A stretch of 64,000 nucleotides of DNA, taken from positions 18,476,001 through 18,540,000 of the forward strand of contig OZ316775.1 in assembly GCA_973851085.1 (NCBI GenBank), read 5' to 3'. Below, piece by piece: positions 32,601-47,152 of this stretch. The translations under genes were made by a program, and so were the position numbers. The notes beneath the pieces are model-generated. The model was not told the origin of the DNA, did no database searches, and saw nothing but the letters and a program-made list of their open reading frames with translations. The DNA is from Ptychomitrium polyphyllum. Lineage: Eukaryota. Position 1 is the first letter of the stretch, and each line of letters opens with the position of its first letter.

Positions 32601-35600
32601 TTGTATTTTAATACTTATGTTTCTTTATGAACTAGGAATGGTCGATTCCTGGTTTACAATTTATGATGACTGTAGGTTTTCATGCTTCAAAAGTGGAAAA
32701 GATGAAGATCAACTCTGGTCTTGTAAAGTGTAGTGTATTAGGGCTAATGTTGATTGTAAGCTTTGGATAAAGCACTTTTATAAGTCATATTGATTGCAAT
32801 TTCTGAGTTGTTGTCTTCTGTCTGTAGCAGGGTACAACAAGAAACTCTAGATGGAGGAGGGGATCGTAACAAGTATCTTGTTCAATATGTTGATTTCTCC
32901 TTTGACGATTTTGGAGGGGTTACAGAACCTGTGTACCCTGGACTCTGTAGCGTCTGGCGTAGTCTTGCTCGCAGTAAGGTTGTTTGTTCATTTCACCCTC
33001 TTTGTGTTGTTTAACTTATTTCAGTGTGCCCTGCTAAACCTCTCGAGTTTGCATACTTGTATTGCGTTCAAGCTATTGTCTTTAGTTTGATACTGGCGTA
33101 TTTATTAAAAATAAGTAGATCTGACATGTATGATTTTATGACAATTACAGGCAAAAGGTTACAGGGTAGGCCCTGTTTATGATGACGTACTATCTATGTC
33201 ATGGGTTTTCCTTGAGCTCATAGTGAAGTCTATGGCTCTCGAACAGTCACGCAAATTTTCTGAGAATCTTCCTCCTGGTATGGGAAGTCTGTACCTAGAT
33301 TCTTGTTTAATTATTTTATGTTGCTTGGCCTATATTTTATCCTTTCGGGTATTAACGTATCTCAAAACCTATAACAATAAATTCACCCATTGTAAGCTCA
33401 TTGTTTCAAAATGCAGTTCTGTTTTTATACACTATAAACTGTCTCTTCACCATTTACCCTTAACACTTGGCTATAGCCTGATATTACCTCATCTATTTCA
33501 TGCAGGCGAAGATTTACCCCCTCTGCAACTTCATGACGAGGTCTTCAAAAGCATTGGTCAATTATATGACTGCCTGCTTACTGAGGTTCATGATCGCTGC
33601 AAAAAGGGCCTTATCCTGGCAAAACGGCTGAATAGTAGTATAGCATTTTTCTGCTACGATCTTCTTTCTGTCATTGAACCCAGACAAGTTTTTCAGCTGG
33701 TACATCGCTGATCTCCGTCTATTATCACTACATGCGGTAGTGTCGTTGTGACGACAGAATTTCACTCAATTGCAAGAAGTTGAGTCTTTTGAGATAGTGA
33801 AAATATATGTTGCTCATTGTCATTCCACATTCGATGTATTTGAAGTAAGTATGGTTTCTGCTTGTATAAGGAAGGTTCAAAATTTATGTGTTTTAATGTC
33901 TTCGTTCTTTTCGTATGACAATATTTTATAGGTGGCGCTCTACTTTGATAAATTTACTGGAGTTTGTCAAAATATGCTACACGAGTGCAAGCTCAATTTC
34001 CTTCGCATAATTTCTGACCATGACCTTTTTGTGGAGATGCCTGGTCGAGATCCTTCAGAAAGGTACGGGATCTACATTAGAATCAACAGTAAGTTATTGT
34101 AGACCGGACTGGTTTGAGTTGTGTACGATTGAGTGGCTACCTTAATTGTAAGTACAATTGTGTATATCTGCACTAACTTAGATTGCACTATGCAGGAATT
34201 ACCTTGCATCTGTATTGATGCAGGAGCTCTTTATTACTTTAGACCATGAAGATGCTGCATTGAAAAATAAGGTATGCATGCTTCAAAAAATTAAAATTCA
34301 TAAGCTTTCAGCAGGTTTCTGCTGTCTCAAAGCTATCGCTTGTGCAAACTATTTGGTTGACTCGGTGTATCTCGTAGATTTTTGAAGTTCACATTTGAAG
34401 CACCTAGTGGAATTTCAGGCTTTGAAATCTGTTCGAGATCCTTTCATTTTTGGATCTTTTAAAAAAGATAGTAATCAGTAAGTAGTAAACTATGGAATCA
34501 TGTGCGCAGACGCTGACTATGTCTAGATTTGCATCATTCTTCTAACTGCATATTCTGAGATCTCTTGAATGACACAGGCTGCTCGGACACTTGCTGTACT
34601 TATGTGCAAGCATGAATATGATGCTCGGTATCAAACCTTGGATGATAAACTGTATATTTCACAACGTTACTTCCCCATAGTTACTCATGTACGTACTAAT
34701 CAGTGGCTCGCTCTTTCCTTTCTTGGTCTTTCTTAGTATATCGCATTTTGTATGCTATGTCTGAATTTTCTATTGGATAGTGAAGGGAACTGCTGTTCAA
34801 TTACTGAAGCAATCAGGTTATACCATTGCAATATTGCATTGAGATTTTGTTACATTTCGTGGTGTACTTTACCTTGATTTAGGGGTCATTGTGTCTGAAA
34901 ATATAAATTGAGTTTTTGCATACCGTCAATACCAAGAGATTTAAAATTGTAAATTGCAGATTTTGGAGGAAATGCCTGTGTTTTACAATCTGAATTCTCC
35001 GGAGAAGCGTGAGATTTTGGTCTGCATGCTTCATTACCTTCATCACCTAGATGATGCCTCATTGATAAAGGGGTGGCAGCAAAGCGCAGCTCAAACAAGA
35101 CTTTTCTTTAAACTACTAGAAGAATGCCAGAATTTGTTTGAGGTATGGTCTGGAATTGAACTGCTTGTGACTCCACTGTTTTTATTAATTTTCGAGCCTA
35201 AAGTTTGTCAAGATTTTTCTTTACTAGTGAATATAAAAACTGTTTTGCCATTGGCTATGTTATACGTAATATCGTCCTGGTTTATCAAGTTTTTCGTATG
35301 TGGTCAATTATTATCTTAAGCAACAACGGATTTTTTCTCATTGCTGCCTGATATTTAAATGAATACAGGTACTGTCCCACCTCCTGCCTGGGCTTTGAGA
35401 TGCAATTGAAATGGAAACGCATTTGATTATTCTCTCTTCTGCCTTTCTTTTGCAGTATAAGAAGGCTGGAGCTGATGGCTTAATGGGTGCCATGCCACTA
35501 TCTGACCAAGGTGATGGAGTAATCCGATACACAGAAAAGCTTTCACCATCTGTTAATACATTTTTGGCGGAGGCTTCACGTCAGGATGGTCGGGTATGTG

Positions 35601-38600
35601 AATCTTATATCTTGAGCAATAAATCACTGAATCTAGTGTTTTCAACATTCATTTCAATTGATTTCGAACATGGTTTAGTGACTATTGTAGGGCATTCTCG
35701 ATTGCATCCCTAGCAAGAACCTAAATGTAGTGTTAAATCTTTGGGTTGTTTCTAATGACGGAGAACTACGAGCTGATGGACTTGTCTTGAACTTGGACTA
35801 GAAAATATTGCTTTTTGATTCCAAAGTCTTTTTCTGGTTGACAGAGGCGTTTTTTTCATGGTTATCACTCTCATAATTACTTGCTTCAAGCCTCACAACA
35901 TTAATTTTCTTCCTTTGTTGCATTGATGTTTCAGTGGCCCACTCCTCAAGCCACTCCAGACGCTAACAGTTCTTTCTGGAAGAGGGTTAGTCCGCAAATG
36001 AGTTCCCCAACTCAGGTATATCGAGATATTATATCTCAAGGATCAGGTCAAAGCTTTGGAAAATCGAGCACACAACTTCGTGCTAGTCTGCATCCTATGC
36101 TACGGCATAAGCTTGTATGTTTTCTTTCGTATTCCATCTAACATTCCAGAAATTTGTCTTCTTTGTTGCCGTGTGAATATTCTGTGGAAGTCTTGAAATC
36201 AAAATATCATATTGATTGATTCCACATTCTGTATACTCTCAATTCTCACCGTTCGCAGTTACAGGCTCTTCCGTTTGGTTCTGATCTCTGTTAATTGGTA
36301 CCATTTTCAGGAACTGTGGGAGGAGAACCTTAGTGCTTCTGTAACTTTACTCATCTTGGAAGTCGTTGAAAAGTTCATGGATGCTGCAGCAGTCCACGTA
36401 GTAGTGACAGACTATGTCAAGCTTGACTGCATCACAACCATCTTCATTGGATTCCTGAGCCGTAGCCAGCCGCTACCTTTCTGGAAAGCGTTCCTTCCAG
36501 TTTTCAATTGTCTCTTTAGGAGTCATGGCTCAATATTGATGACCAAAGAAAACGACAGATTTTTGAAACAAATTGTGTTTCACCTATTACGCCTTGCTGT
36601 GTTCAGAAATGAGTCCATACGCAAAATGGCAGTTGTGAGCCTCCAGATTCTAGTTCGCGTAAGTGACATTGATCATGCTGTTTCTCTTTGGTTCATAGTC
36701 AAGAGCTTAGCTTGCTGCTGACATGTCTATCTGAGCTTGAGGCGTCTAAATGTTGAAGTTATGTAAATTTGTCTGAAGTTAATGATTGTAATTATGCCAT
36801 AGTTTCCACAATACAGAGTACAGTTCAACCTCAAAGTCTGTTATTTCTGTTCATTATATTAGAACCTCGTTCTATGAACAATATAATTTTGGGACCAACT
36901 CTGACAGCTGTTCACCTTCTTGCAGACTTCATTTTGTTACTTTCAAAACATCTCAAGGCTTAGGGTCATGCTGACTATTACTTTGTCAGAGTTGATGTCC
37001 GATGTTCAAGTCACTCAAACCAGGATGGATGGTCGTCTAGAAAAAAGTGGTGAAGCTCAGCGCCTTCAGAACTCTTTGAAGCAAATGGCCATGCCCTCGT
37101 ACAGCAAAGATTTATTGCGTGACTGTGGTCTTCCTGAAGATACATTAGAGGCTAAACTCGACAATGAGGATGAAGATTTATGGAGGTGGTCAGAAATAAG
37201 CGGTTTATCAGAAACTCTCTTGCAAGCACTTGATGCGGCTACTGAGCATGCTCTGATGGTACATATGCCTAGCCCATTCGTGTGGCTCAGATGTTGAATG
37301 TCATTTCACTGATTTTGCAAATCATGGTCTGAACTTGAAGCATCAGATGATGGTGATCATTACTTTTAGTATTCGTCATTACTAACGATGCCTGTTGTAT
37401 CTTGCAGGCACCATCCATGATGTCTGATAAATATTCTACCACAGAAGGATTTCACGGGTTGGCTTGCGCTTACAGAAATGTCCCAGACTTGCATATAATG
37501 TGGCTTTTATATCTTTGTGATGCCCATCAGCAAAATCAGTCATGGGCAGAAGCTGCTCAATGTGCCGTTGCCGTGGCCGGTGTTGTTATGCAGGTACTTG
37601 TAACAATCCTACGTTTTTGCGAAATTCCCTATTGGATTTTTAGATCTATAAATTGTAGCTGCTCAGTCGGTTGTTCACTGCTTGTTTTGTGTTCTTAAGT
37701 GTTCATTCGAAAGTGTTCTTTGTGTATTTAGTTATCCTTCTTCTTTACCAGAACTTACAAGCCTAGTTAGTTGCTTCGATTTATCAGATTACATATTCTC
37801 GACACTTATTTCTGTACTTTGTTTTAACAGGCAATAGTTGGAGATAAGGATAACGTCTGGGGTAAGGAACATGTAGCTGCCCTTTGCAAGATCTGTCCAA
37901 TGCTCAGAGGATCTGTTGTTGGAGAGGCAGCAAAAGCAGAGGTAGAGGGCTACGGTACATCGAAGCTGACAGTAGAATCTGCTGTAAAATACCTGCAATT
38001 GGCCAACAAGCTATTTTTTCAAGCTGAACTTTTCCATTTCTGTTCTGACATACTAGAACTGATCATCCCTGTTCATAAGGGTAGAAGATCACATGGACAG
38101 TTATCAAAGTGCTACACATCTTTGTGTAGCATTTATGAGGCTCTACAAGAGCAAGAAGCAAGTCCAATTCCGTTCAAAGATGCAACATATTACCGGGTTG
38201 GGTTTTACGGTTCACAATTTGGAAAAATGGATCGCAAGGAATACGTTTATAGAGAAGCACGTGATGTTCGACTAGGAGATATTATGCAAGCTATGGGATC
38301 TATCTACGAGTCCAAAGTTGTAGAAGGGGGTCAAACATTGCACATAATTCCTGATTCCCGTCAAGTGAGTGATCTGGACCTTAAACCTGGAGTATGCTAC
38401 TTGCAAATTACCTCTGTTGATCCTGTTCTCGAGGACGAAGATCTGGATATTCGTAAAGAGACGAAGCCTACTGATGGTACGTCAAGAGTTACCGTACGAG
38501 TCTTCGATCGTTTCCTATTTGATACGCCTTTCACAAAGAATGGACGAACGCAGGGTGGTTTAGAGGCCCAGTGGAAGCGTCGTACAGTTCTGCAGACCGA

Positions 38601-39202
38601 GGGTCCGTTTCCCGCCCTTGTGAATCGCTTGTTAGTTATCAAATCTGATTCACGTGAGTTCTCACCCATCGAGAATGCCATTGGTATGATTGAGGCCCGC
38701 ACGAAGGCCTTATTGGGAGAACTTGAAGAGCACGATAGAATGGATGGTGACCAGGCACCACGATTGCAAAGTCTGCAACGAATACTCCAAGGAAGTGTGG
38801 CTGTCCAGGTATATTACTGTGCATGCTGATGTTGGGTTTGGAGCATATTCTAGTATCTTAGGTGCATTTACTACAGAACTATATTGTAAGTGCAAGTGTT
38901 TGGGAGAGCATCAGTTTTGACCATGAAGTTGTGTTGTTCTATTTCAGGTTAATAGTGGAGTACTTGGAGTGTGCACTGCGTTTTTGTCAGGGGAGCCCAA
39001 TACTAAACTGAGGTCACAAGAACTACAGCAACTAATAGCAGCATTGATGGAGTTTATGAATGTCTGTAAGAGAGCCATTCGTGTCCATGCCAGGCTTATT
39101 GGAGAGGAGGATCAAGATTTCCACTCAAATCTCGTGATAGGTTTCCAGTCTTTAACAGCAGAACTCTCCCATTACATTCCTGCCATTTTATCAGAGCTGT
39201 GA
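26631..39202 (+). CDS. SPK1: SPIKE1-type DOCK-family (DHR1/DHR2) guanine nucleotide exchange factor for ROP GTPases, more than 20 exons
   Basis: SPK1-like N-terminus (QRFKR...LDP; PHLKELLQSYKSEWVKD..KYG; QIFEGPDTD) and REKLSEDFHF. The DHR1/C2 region has HCLYIYP..RNIFVRVELR and HYHDEFKIRLP..ITQQHHLLFTFFHV. DHR2 has YYRVGFYG, YVYRE, YLQITSVDP, FLFDTPFTK, QWKRRTVL, SPIENAI, LQRILQGSVAVQVNSG and ends ..PAILSEL*. The start at 26631 is inferred from a phase-0 upstream exon (26631-26723) splicing to 27400. Confidence 0.95.
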
Positions 39203-42200
39203 GAGCTGCGAGACCAATTTGAAAGTTGTCAAGGTCTGCGATTCTGTCTCTTTTGATTGCTTCTCGAAGAATCAAGATTTGCAGATTAACGGAGCTCAGA
39301 AAAGTATATCCCTCGTTTAATTATTCAAAAGGGTGGTGTTGTGCTTGAAAGCTGGTTTTCGACGACTCAGAACAGCATACCACGCAAAATGCAGTGGTTA
39401 CTCCGCTCAGCGACGGATATGAGAGCTCTGATACTGATGCTAAGGCCTTCCTCATTTGAGAGCTGGTACTGTCAACAGCAGAGAAGGGTAGTTCATCTCG
39501 GATGTTCTCACTCATTTCCAGTGACAACCTTGCAACCTTACGTTTCTAGCACCAACTACTTCTTGTCAGGCTTTGGAAATGACTGTAGTATCTTAGAAAG
39601 ATCACATCCCCACGCAAAGCTGTGGCAATTATGTTAAGGGAATAGACTTCGAGCGAGGACCAGTTTAGCCCCTCACCTGCGAGGCCCAAAGAATTTTTTC
39701 ATTTCACTTTGTATATTTGCAGCCCCCTTTTTGGGACCGTGTTACACTGATTTTTTGTATACAGTAGCTAGATGATAACAGCCCAAATGGCAGGTATTCT
39801 GAAGGAAAAGTTCTGGACTAGGGCAGGTTGAGCAGAATGAATATACCGGCCACAAGCATGCATTGTTTCTTGTCAATGTCCTTGCAAGTGTGAGACTTCA
39901 TCGTCTCTTAAGTCTTGGAAGAGAAGGATTGTAAAACCTGCATGCCGGTTAACTTGTCCGACTTTTCTCTTTTCTCTGATATTTTGACGTTTGAACCACG
40001 CTCTTTGGTAAATAGAGTTATTTGTAAACTCATTCTCTTTACTGCATAAAGCAGGTGCGCGACCGAAGATGCATGCATTGAAATATGTGTGCTATGAAAT
40101 TTTATGGTATCAAAATAAGTGCACTAATCATATTGCAATCATAAATACAAATGATATGAAGGAGGTGAGATCATCAGTGAGATTTTGGTTAGAAAAGAGT
40201 TGAATTTACAAATAACTCTGATGTACTCATCGTTCTGCAAAATCTGAATGGTTTACTTCAGGGTTCAAACCAGTTTTAGTATACTGACGTACTGTATCAC
40301 CCTGTCTTTGATCATTGGCCGAGTTGGGACAATGTCCACTTGATCGGCCGGGGACACGGCAGGCCGAAGAGGATGTGCTTCGTTGGCAACGATAAAACCA
40401 ACTTTCATTTACTCCCAGAGAAGAAAATAGTTCAGAATCCATACCATCGCAAGGTGACGAATGACGAGCTTAATGGTCACCATCGCGCTTTTATGCTGAT
40501 GATCCCCTAAGAATAACTTAACACTAAGGATCCAGATGGTGCCCACGGCATCGTGGCAGTCAGTGGACGCGAGTAGATTGTGACCGTCCTCTGGAATCTT
40601 CGAGAACTCGGGCACCACGATTCCTTGTTTCATGCGGCACTTGGATTCCCAGATTCCCCTCCCTTGTAGAAACTTCCCACGTCCTGACGTCGTGACACCA
40701 TGGCCACTCACTAATATCGGCCAACCGTGAGGGCTGTAATCTCGAAGGTAAGCGGCGTGCACTTGTGCTGCTGCCTGTGCAGTACACTGCGCGCAGTTTA
40801 CTTCTTTGGGAAAGGAAAAGAAATTGCACTAGAAAATGTACTAGCCGAGATGTTGTACCCAAAGACTGTCTTACACTTTCTCCTTCTCTTGGAAGAGCAA
40901 AATGATCATCTATAATTTAAATTAAAAAGTAAATATGGATAAAGCACCATTTGACATGTGTATAAATCATAGGTTCCATGATTCTTGATGCATTTATGAT
41001 CATATTCAAGATCCTCCTACTTTTCAATTTTCATAGTTTGTTAAAAATCATTATTGATATAAAAAATTATATTCCTATTGAAACATTTTTTTTAAATGGA
41101 AATTTTATAGAAATTCTCCTATTTCAAACTATCAAATCCATTTATGTCAGAAACTTGAAGAAATGATTATAAGGGATGTACTTTGAAAAATGACAACAAT
41201 ATTTCTTTAAATTTAAAAAAAAAAATACCTTTAATTCTTAAAAGAATTAATACATAATAGCAATAAGAATCTCAAATTATTTTTTAAGTTGTTCAATGGA
41301 ATGGATGTATATGACATTTTGGATGTTAGCAATAATAACCATTAATGGATTTACATTCTAACCTTGAATATATATGTTGTTTATAAAAAGTTGAAATTTT
41401 TGAAGTTTAAAATGAATAATGTGAAAAGATTAATAATATGACATATATTTCATAGAATGCACATATTTCAATAGGACATCTATCTATATATCTAATGTTT
41501 ATAAATATTTTTGGTATATGCTTTTGGTAATATCAATTATTCTCTAATTCTCATTAATATGTTATTTAATTATAAGAAGAAAAAATTACTTATGACATCT
41601 TTTGATGTATATTCAAAATATATGAAACATTAATTTTTATTAACATTTTAAATGCAACCGTGACATGCCAATATATGTTAGTCACCTAAATTAACATTAG
41701 ATTTTTCTTTCAACGAAGCTTGGATGGTTTTATCGCAATTATAGGCTATACATATGCTTGAAATAAAATAGGTAAATTGAAAGTTTTCAATCATTCAATA
41801 AGAAATTATAAACCATATGGCCCATAGAAATATTGGTGTAGAAAAAGATTTTTAATGATGGAAAGTGGAACCATTCAAGGATATAACATTAATTTTCAAA
41901 TAAATATGGAAGTCCACAAATGAAAGATTTTCTTCAATTGAGGTTTTTGTATATAATTCATGATTGAAATGATTATTGAATGAAAAGCATCTTATATATT
42001 AACTTCACATGATTGATAAGGCATTGCACTGCAATATATTTTGATTAAATGCATAACAAAAATAAGAGCCACATTCATTTATATTTAAATATAAAATTTA
42101 AAACACACATAAAAATAAGATTTTAATTCTTGAAATAAGAATACTTTAAAATTGTGTTCATTCAATATTTTGTGATTTATATCCACACAACTAAAATAGC

Positions 42201-42817
42201 ATCATATTCATTATAATGGGAAATTCCAAAGTTCCAAAATAATTCCAAGATAAAATAAATTTAAAAAAGGTTAAATTTATTAAAGATAATTGTCATATTT
42301 TTGAAGTTATATTGCAAGTTTTTTGCCAATAAATTAATTAAAAGCCATTGAATTTTCACTTGAATGGTTTATAAAATATATAGTTCAACTTGATTTGAGT
42401 TAAATCAATTCAAATTGTTATAGTTTCAAAATTATTTTTCTGTTCCATAATAATGAAAAACATGTTAAATGCATTTAATTATTGAAATACATCATAATTT
42501 AAAAAAAATCCTTTTAAACATCTTTTTTGAAAGGAACAATCATATAAGCCAAAGACTTAAGTTCATTGTTATAAATAATGTTAAATCAAAGATGAAGAAT
42601 GCCTAGATGGATAAAAAATTATTTTAATTCATGTCTTCATGCATTCATTGCCACATGCTCTTCTTTCGATATGTTATTAAATTTTCACATTCCAAGGTAA
42701 TAATGAATTGTTCCAACTAGTAAAGTTGTAATTCCATCTCCGTAATACACTTCCAATGTTGCTAAAGAAAATTCAATTGATATTGGATTTGCCCATGAAC
42801 TTAATTAATCAATATTG

Positions 42818-42871
42818 AATGTCACATACATAGACTCAATGCCACATACATAGACTCAATGCTACATACAT
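42818..42871. repeat. Short tandem repeat, 20-bp unit x ~2.7
   Basis: aatgtcacatacatagactc / aatgccacatacatagactc / aatgctacatacat. Confidence 0.85.
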
Positions 42872-44530
42872 TTACTTTACTTTATTATTAATTTTCCACA
42901 TCCTAATGCATAAGCAAGTTGCTCTAACTACTCAAAAAAGGCCATGTAATGATTTAAGTTTATGACTCATATCCATAGAACTTATAAACTGAATTTCCAC
43001 ACATTCTCACAAGTTCCCTTGTAATTCCCTCTCACACATGAATGAAATGTGTTTTTCGTGTTGAAAATTTCATGAAATATCAAATGAAATGTACCCACAT
43101 TCCCCTGTAACAGAATGCAGGTCCCAAAAACCTGCTGTAAAATCAAGATTGTTGTATGAACGAGGCTAGGTTGAAAAAACAGTGAGGCCATTTAAAACAT
43201 AACGGTTTGCAGTGCTTCGACCTTGGTGTGACCTCAATTTGGGAAACAACACTCCCATGTTCTAACTGCCACACCAACAACCTGCACACAAACATGGAAT
43301 CCCCAATGCATCTGGGAAAGGCCACCAGAAGTTTACGTGGCCTTGAGAAGATGGGCCCATGTGGGTCCGGAGGGAGCCCCGACCAAGAGAACGTAGAAAA
43401 GCAGAGAAGCATACAAATTTTGAGGTGCTCTCATTGCCCTCGTCACCCCCATCACAGACAACTGATCTCACCTCTAAAGCTCCCATGACTCCAATTTGGT
43501 TCCATTTACATGCAGTAAGCAGTGGCTGGAAAGCGGAAGGTTCATAGAATAGATATGAACTATGTGGCAGTGGAACAATGCTATTCATCTGATTGGATTC
43601 CATCACTTGGCCCCGCTAAGACCACTTTTAACACCAAACCCCTGCCCTTCAAACCGAACCCTTGTAACTCGAAACCCTCGTCACTGGATCTTTCAAAACC
43701 TGACCGTCGATGTGAAAAACAGAATTCGACATCCAACTGCGCGTCCAAGATTCATGTCAATCGGATTGGTATCCAGTGAGATCCACCCATTCGAAGTAGT
43801 TTATTTTCCATAGCTGCCCGCAGCCCGTCAGTGGAGGTGGAATTGGACGTCAAGAATAGTAGACGAAGTACAATAGTTAGTTGTGATGCAACTACCGCCG
43901 CCGTCATCGTTCCGTTTGTCTTCTCCTACGGACGAGGCCCGTGGAGAACCAACAAATAAGAGATGCATACCCAAAACCACCATTGAATCCTATAGCCGAA
44001 ACATGTCTACCAGGGCTACATGCTGTTTATCTATAAATATGCAAAATATTGTAAAAAGTGTAGAGTACAATTTGATTTCAGAAACAATGATGGACCATCA
44101 GTAGGCAAAGATTTATAATTATTAACAAATCCCGTAGATTAGTTTTCTAATTTGTAAGCTAAATGTAGACTGTCCGTTTCTGAATCAGTGTCGATTTTGC
44201 GTATACATCCCTCAATCGTGTCCCCCATATTAACTTCCCTTTACTCCAATCTACGGATGGCTAACATGACGTGGATCGATCCGTTCTAGAACAATTGCCG
44301 TGGAGGACCAACGAAGATTCACGTTCCCGAAGGTTTTCGTTGACTTGGTGGACAGAAGAACGGAAGACGACCGAAGAGGAGGCGGCCCTTGGAAGCCATG
44401 AAGCAACGCTGTGGCGGTGTTGTGAAGAGCATTTCCTTTCTCTGTCTGCAGTGGGAGTGAGGAGAGAGCTTCAATAGGACGCTGCTTGTGGATCGATTGG
44501 TGAAGGTCAAGACCGAATAGTGTTGCGAGG

Positions 44531-44574
44531 GAGAAGAGAAGAGAGAGAGAGAGAGAGGGGAGAAGAGAGGAGAA
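44531..44574 (+). repeat. GA-rich microsatellite ((GA)8 core at 44541-44556) just upstream of the L-aspartate oxidase start codon
   Basis: Purine-only tract gagaagagaagagagagagagagagaggggagaagagaggagaa. Confidence 0.8.
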
Positions 44575-44603
44575 GCGGGACTGGGAGGGTGGGAAGGGAG
44601 GCG

Positions 44604-47152
44604 ATGGCGGTCGTTGGAGGTCAACTGACCTCGGTGCGGGAGATGGCGAGCAGCGCCGTGCTTGCGACGGCCAATTCGTCCAGCGTTGCGGGGAATGGAG
44701 GCCTGCTGGCCGGATTCAAGGCCGGTGCGCACAGCTTCACGAAGCTGCCGATTTTGCCGAATATCGCGTTTGGAGAGATTTTCGTGCCGAGTAGCTATAA
44801 TTTTGGTGCTGCTTCCTCGCACGCGAAGGTGAGAGAAAGAGAGAGACTCGAGATTCTTGTGAGATTCTTTGTGATGAAATCAAATTGGCTGAGGCTTCCT
44901 GATTGCGAGTCTCGGAAGGCCTTCGTGTCTTGGTACGGCGGCTATGTCGAGAGTAGTTCCGTTTATGATTCTTGATATGTTTGTTCGTCCGTGTTTCTGT
45001 GAGGTTTATATGCTGTTTTTAGGACATTCGTGTGTCCAGTGCGATTGATTTCTGTCTGCTCTTTGATTTTTCTTTTTCTGTAGTTGAGAAAGACGTTTGT
45101 CGCGTCTTTGACAGTTATTGCGGTCGTTGAATAAGTGTTTCTATTGGCGTAGTGAGCTCTTCTTTGTTGATTATGAGCTATGCTTTTCTTTTTTCCTGGC
45201 GCATGATTGGATCGCAGGAGTCTAGAGTTCAATCGTTTTGTTGTTTGGTGTATGGGTTGTTCAAAAGTTTATTCAGCATCGGTGTGATGGTCCTGGTTGT
45301 GATTACGTGACTTACTCAAACTCGGTGTGATTTCGTGCAGATGCACGGGCGGGACAGGAAGAACGAAATTAGAAAATTCATTGCTGCTTCGCATCGCAAC
45401 ATTCAGGAAGTAGTGAACTTATCTGCAGATAGTGAAGATGAGGAGCTTACGAAGTATTTTGACTTTCTTGTGATCGGGAGTGGAATCGCAGGATTGAGAT
45501 ATGCATTGGAAGTAGCCAAGTACGGCTCAGTTGCAATACTCACGAAGTCCGAGCCGCACGAAAGCAACACAGTATACGCACAGGGAGGTGTAAGTGCTGT
45601 TTTAGATCCTGCAGATTCTGTGGAGAGTCACATTCGGGACACGATAGTTGCGGGTGCTTTCTTGTGTGATGAGGAGACAGTTGAGGTTGTATGTCGGGAA
45701 GGTCCTGAGCGCGTGAAGGAATTGATGGCGTGGGGTGCTTTATTCGATCAGAGTGAAGACGGCCAGCTCCATTTGGCCAGGGAGGGAGGGCATTCTCATC
45801 ATCGGATTGTACATGCGGCTGACATGACGGGGCGGGAGATCGAGCGAGCGCTATTGACTAGTGTCTCCCAAAACCCCGACATCGTCATCTTCAAACATCA
45901 TGCTGCAGTGGATCTTCTCACTCTCCAGGATGGAGAGAATGTGGTGTGCTACGGTGTGGATGCTTTAGACACACAGAAAGACAAGGTCGTGCGTTACCTT
46001 GCCGGAGTGACTATGTTGGCCTCAGGAGGTGCAGGGCACGTTTACCCAACCACAACTAATCCTCTGGTGGCAACTGGAGATGGAGTGGCTCTGGCACAAC
46101 GCTCACGTGCAGTAGTTTCTAACATGGAATTTGTTCAATTTCATCCTACAGCTCTGGCTGACGAAGGCCTTCCCATAAAGCCTGCCAAACGGGATAATGC
46201 GTTTCTAATCACTGAAGCTGTGCGTGGAGCGGGAGGAATTCTCTACAACCAAAGTATGGAGAGGTTTATGCCTTTGTATGATTCTCGCTTAGAGCTTGCG
46301 CCTCGAGATGTGGTAGCTCGGAGCATTGATGATCAACTCAAGAAACGTGGCGAGAAGTATGTTTATCTGGATATTAGTCACAAACCAGCTAAAGAAATAA
46401 TGGCTCACTTCCCAAATATTGCTGCCGAGTGCTTGAAGTACGGGTTAGATATCACGAAGCAGCCAATCCCTGTGGTACCTGCAGCTCATTACATGTGCGG
46501 AGGCGTGCAAACTGGTTTGAAGGGAGAGACCTCGATCAAAGGGCTTTTCGCTGCTGGAGAAGTCACTTGTACTGGTCTGCATGGAGCTAATAGGCTGGCT
46601 AGCAATTCCCTGTTGGAGGCTTTGGTTTTTGCGGAGAGAGCTGTAGAGCCTTCAGTTGCCTATGCTCTTCAAAGCAACATAGGACGAGCAGAAGTGAAGC
46701 AGGCGAAGGAGTGGCCTCGCCCTCTTGCTCCGTCAGCTGCTAATCATTTGAAGATGGACGAGATTCTCCGCATTACAATTTTGAAAAGGAAGCGATTGCA
46801 GCAAGTAATGTGGGACTATGTCGGGATTGTGCGTTCGACAGAGCGTCTCAAGCGAGCGCAGGCAGAATTGAGGGTGCTTGAGTGTGAATGGGAGGCACAA
46901 CTTCTCAGAAATGGTTGGACGCCTACCATGGTCAGTCTGGAGGTTTGTGAAATGCGTAACTTGATCTCTGTGGCCTACCTGATTGTCAACAGTGCTCTTA
47001 CACGGCAAGAGAGTCGAGGTCTTCATTTCACGACCAGCTTTCCAGAACTTGTTGAGAGCGAAAGAATTCCCACCATTCTATTTCCAAATGCTCCAAATAC
47101 CAATTCATGGAGCTCGCAGGTAGTTCATAGATTGGCAATAGAAACTCAATAG
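44604..47152 (+). CDS. AO: L-aspartate oxidase (NadB, de novo NAD biosynthesis), plastid-targeted; exons 44604-44828 and 45341-47152
   Basis: Motifs: FAD-binding DFLVIGSGIAGL, SNTVYAQGG, LAREGGHSHHRIVHAADMTG, NMEFVQFHPT, FLITEAVRGAG, ELAPRDVVARSI, PAAHYMCGG, TGLHGANRLASNSLLEALVFA, ESRGLH. Exon 1 encodes a 75-codon transit-peptide-like segment, followed by a phase-0 GT-AG intron. Confidence 0.97.
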
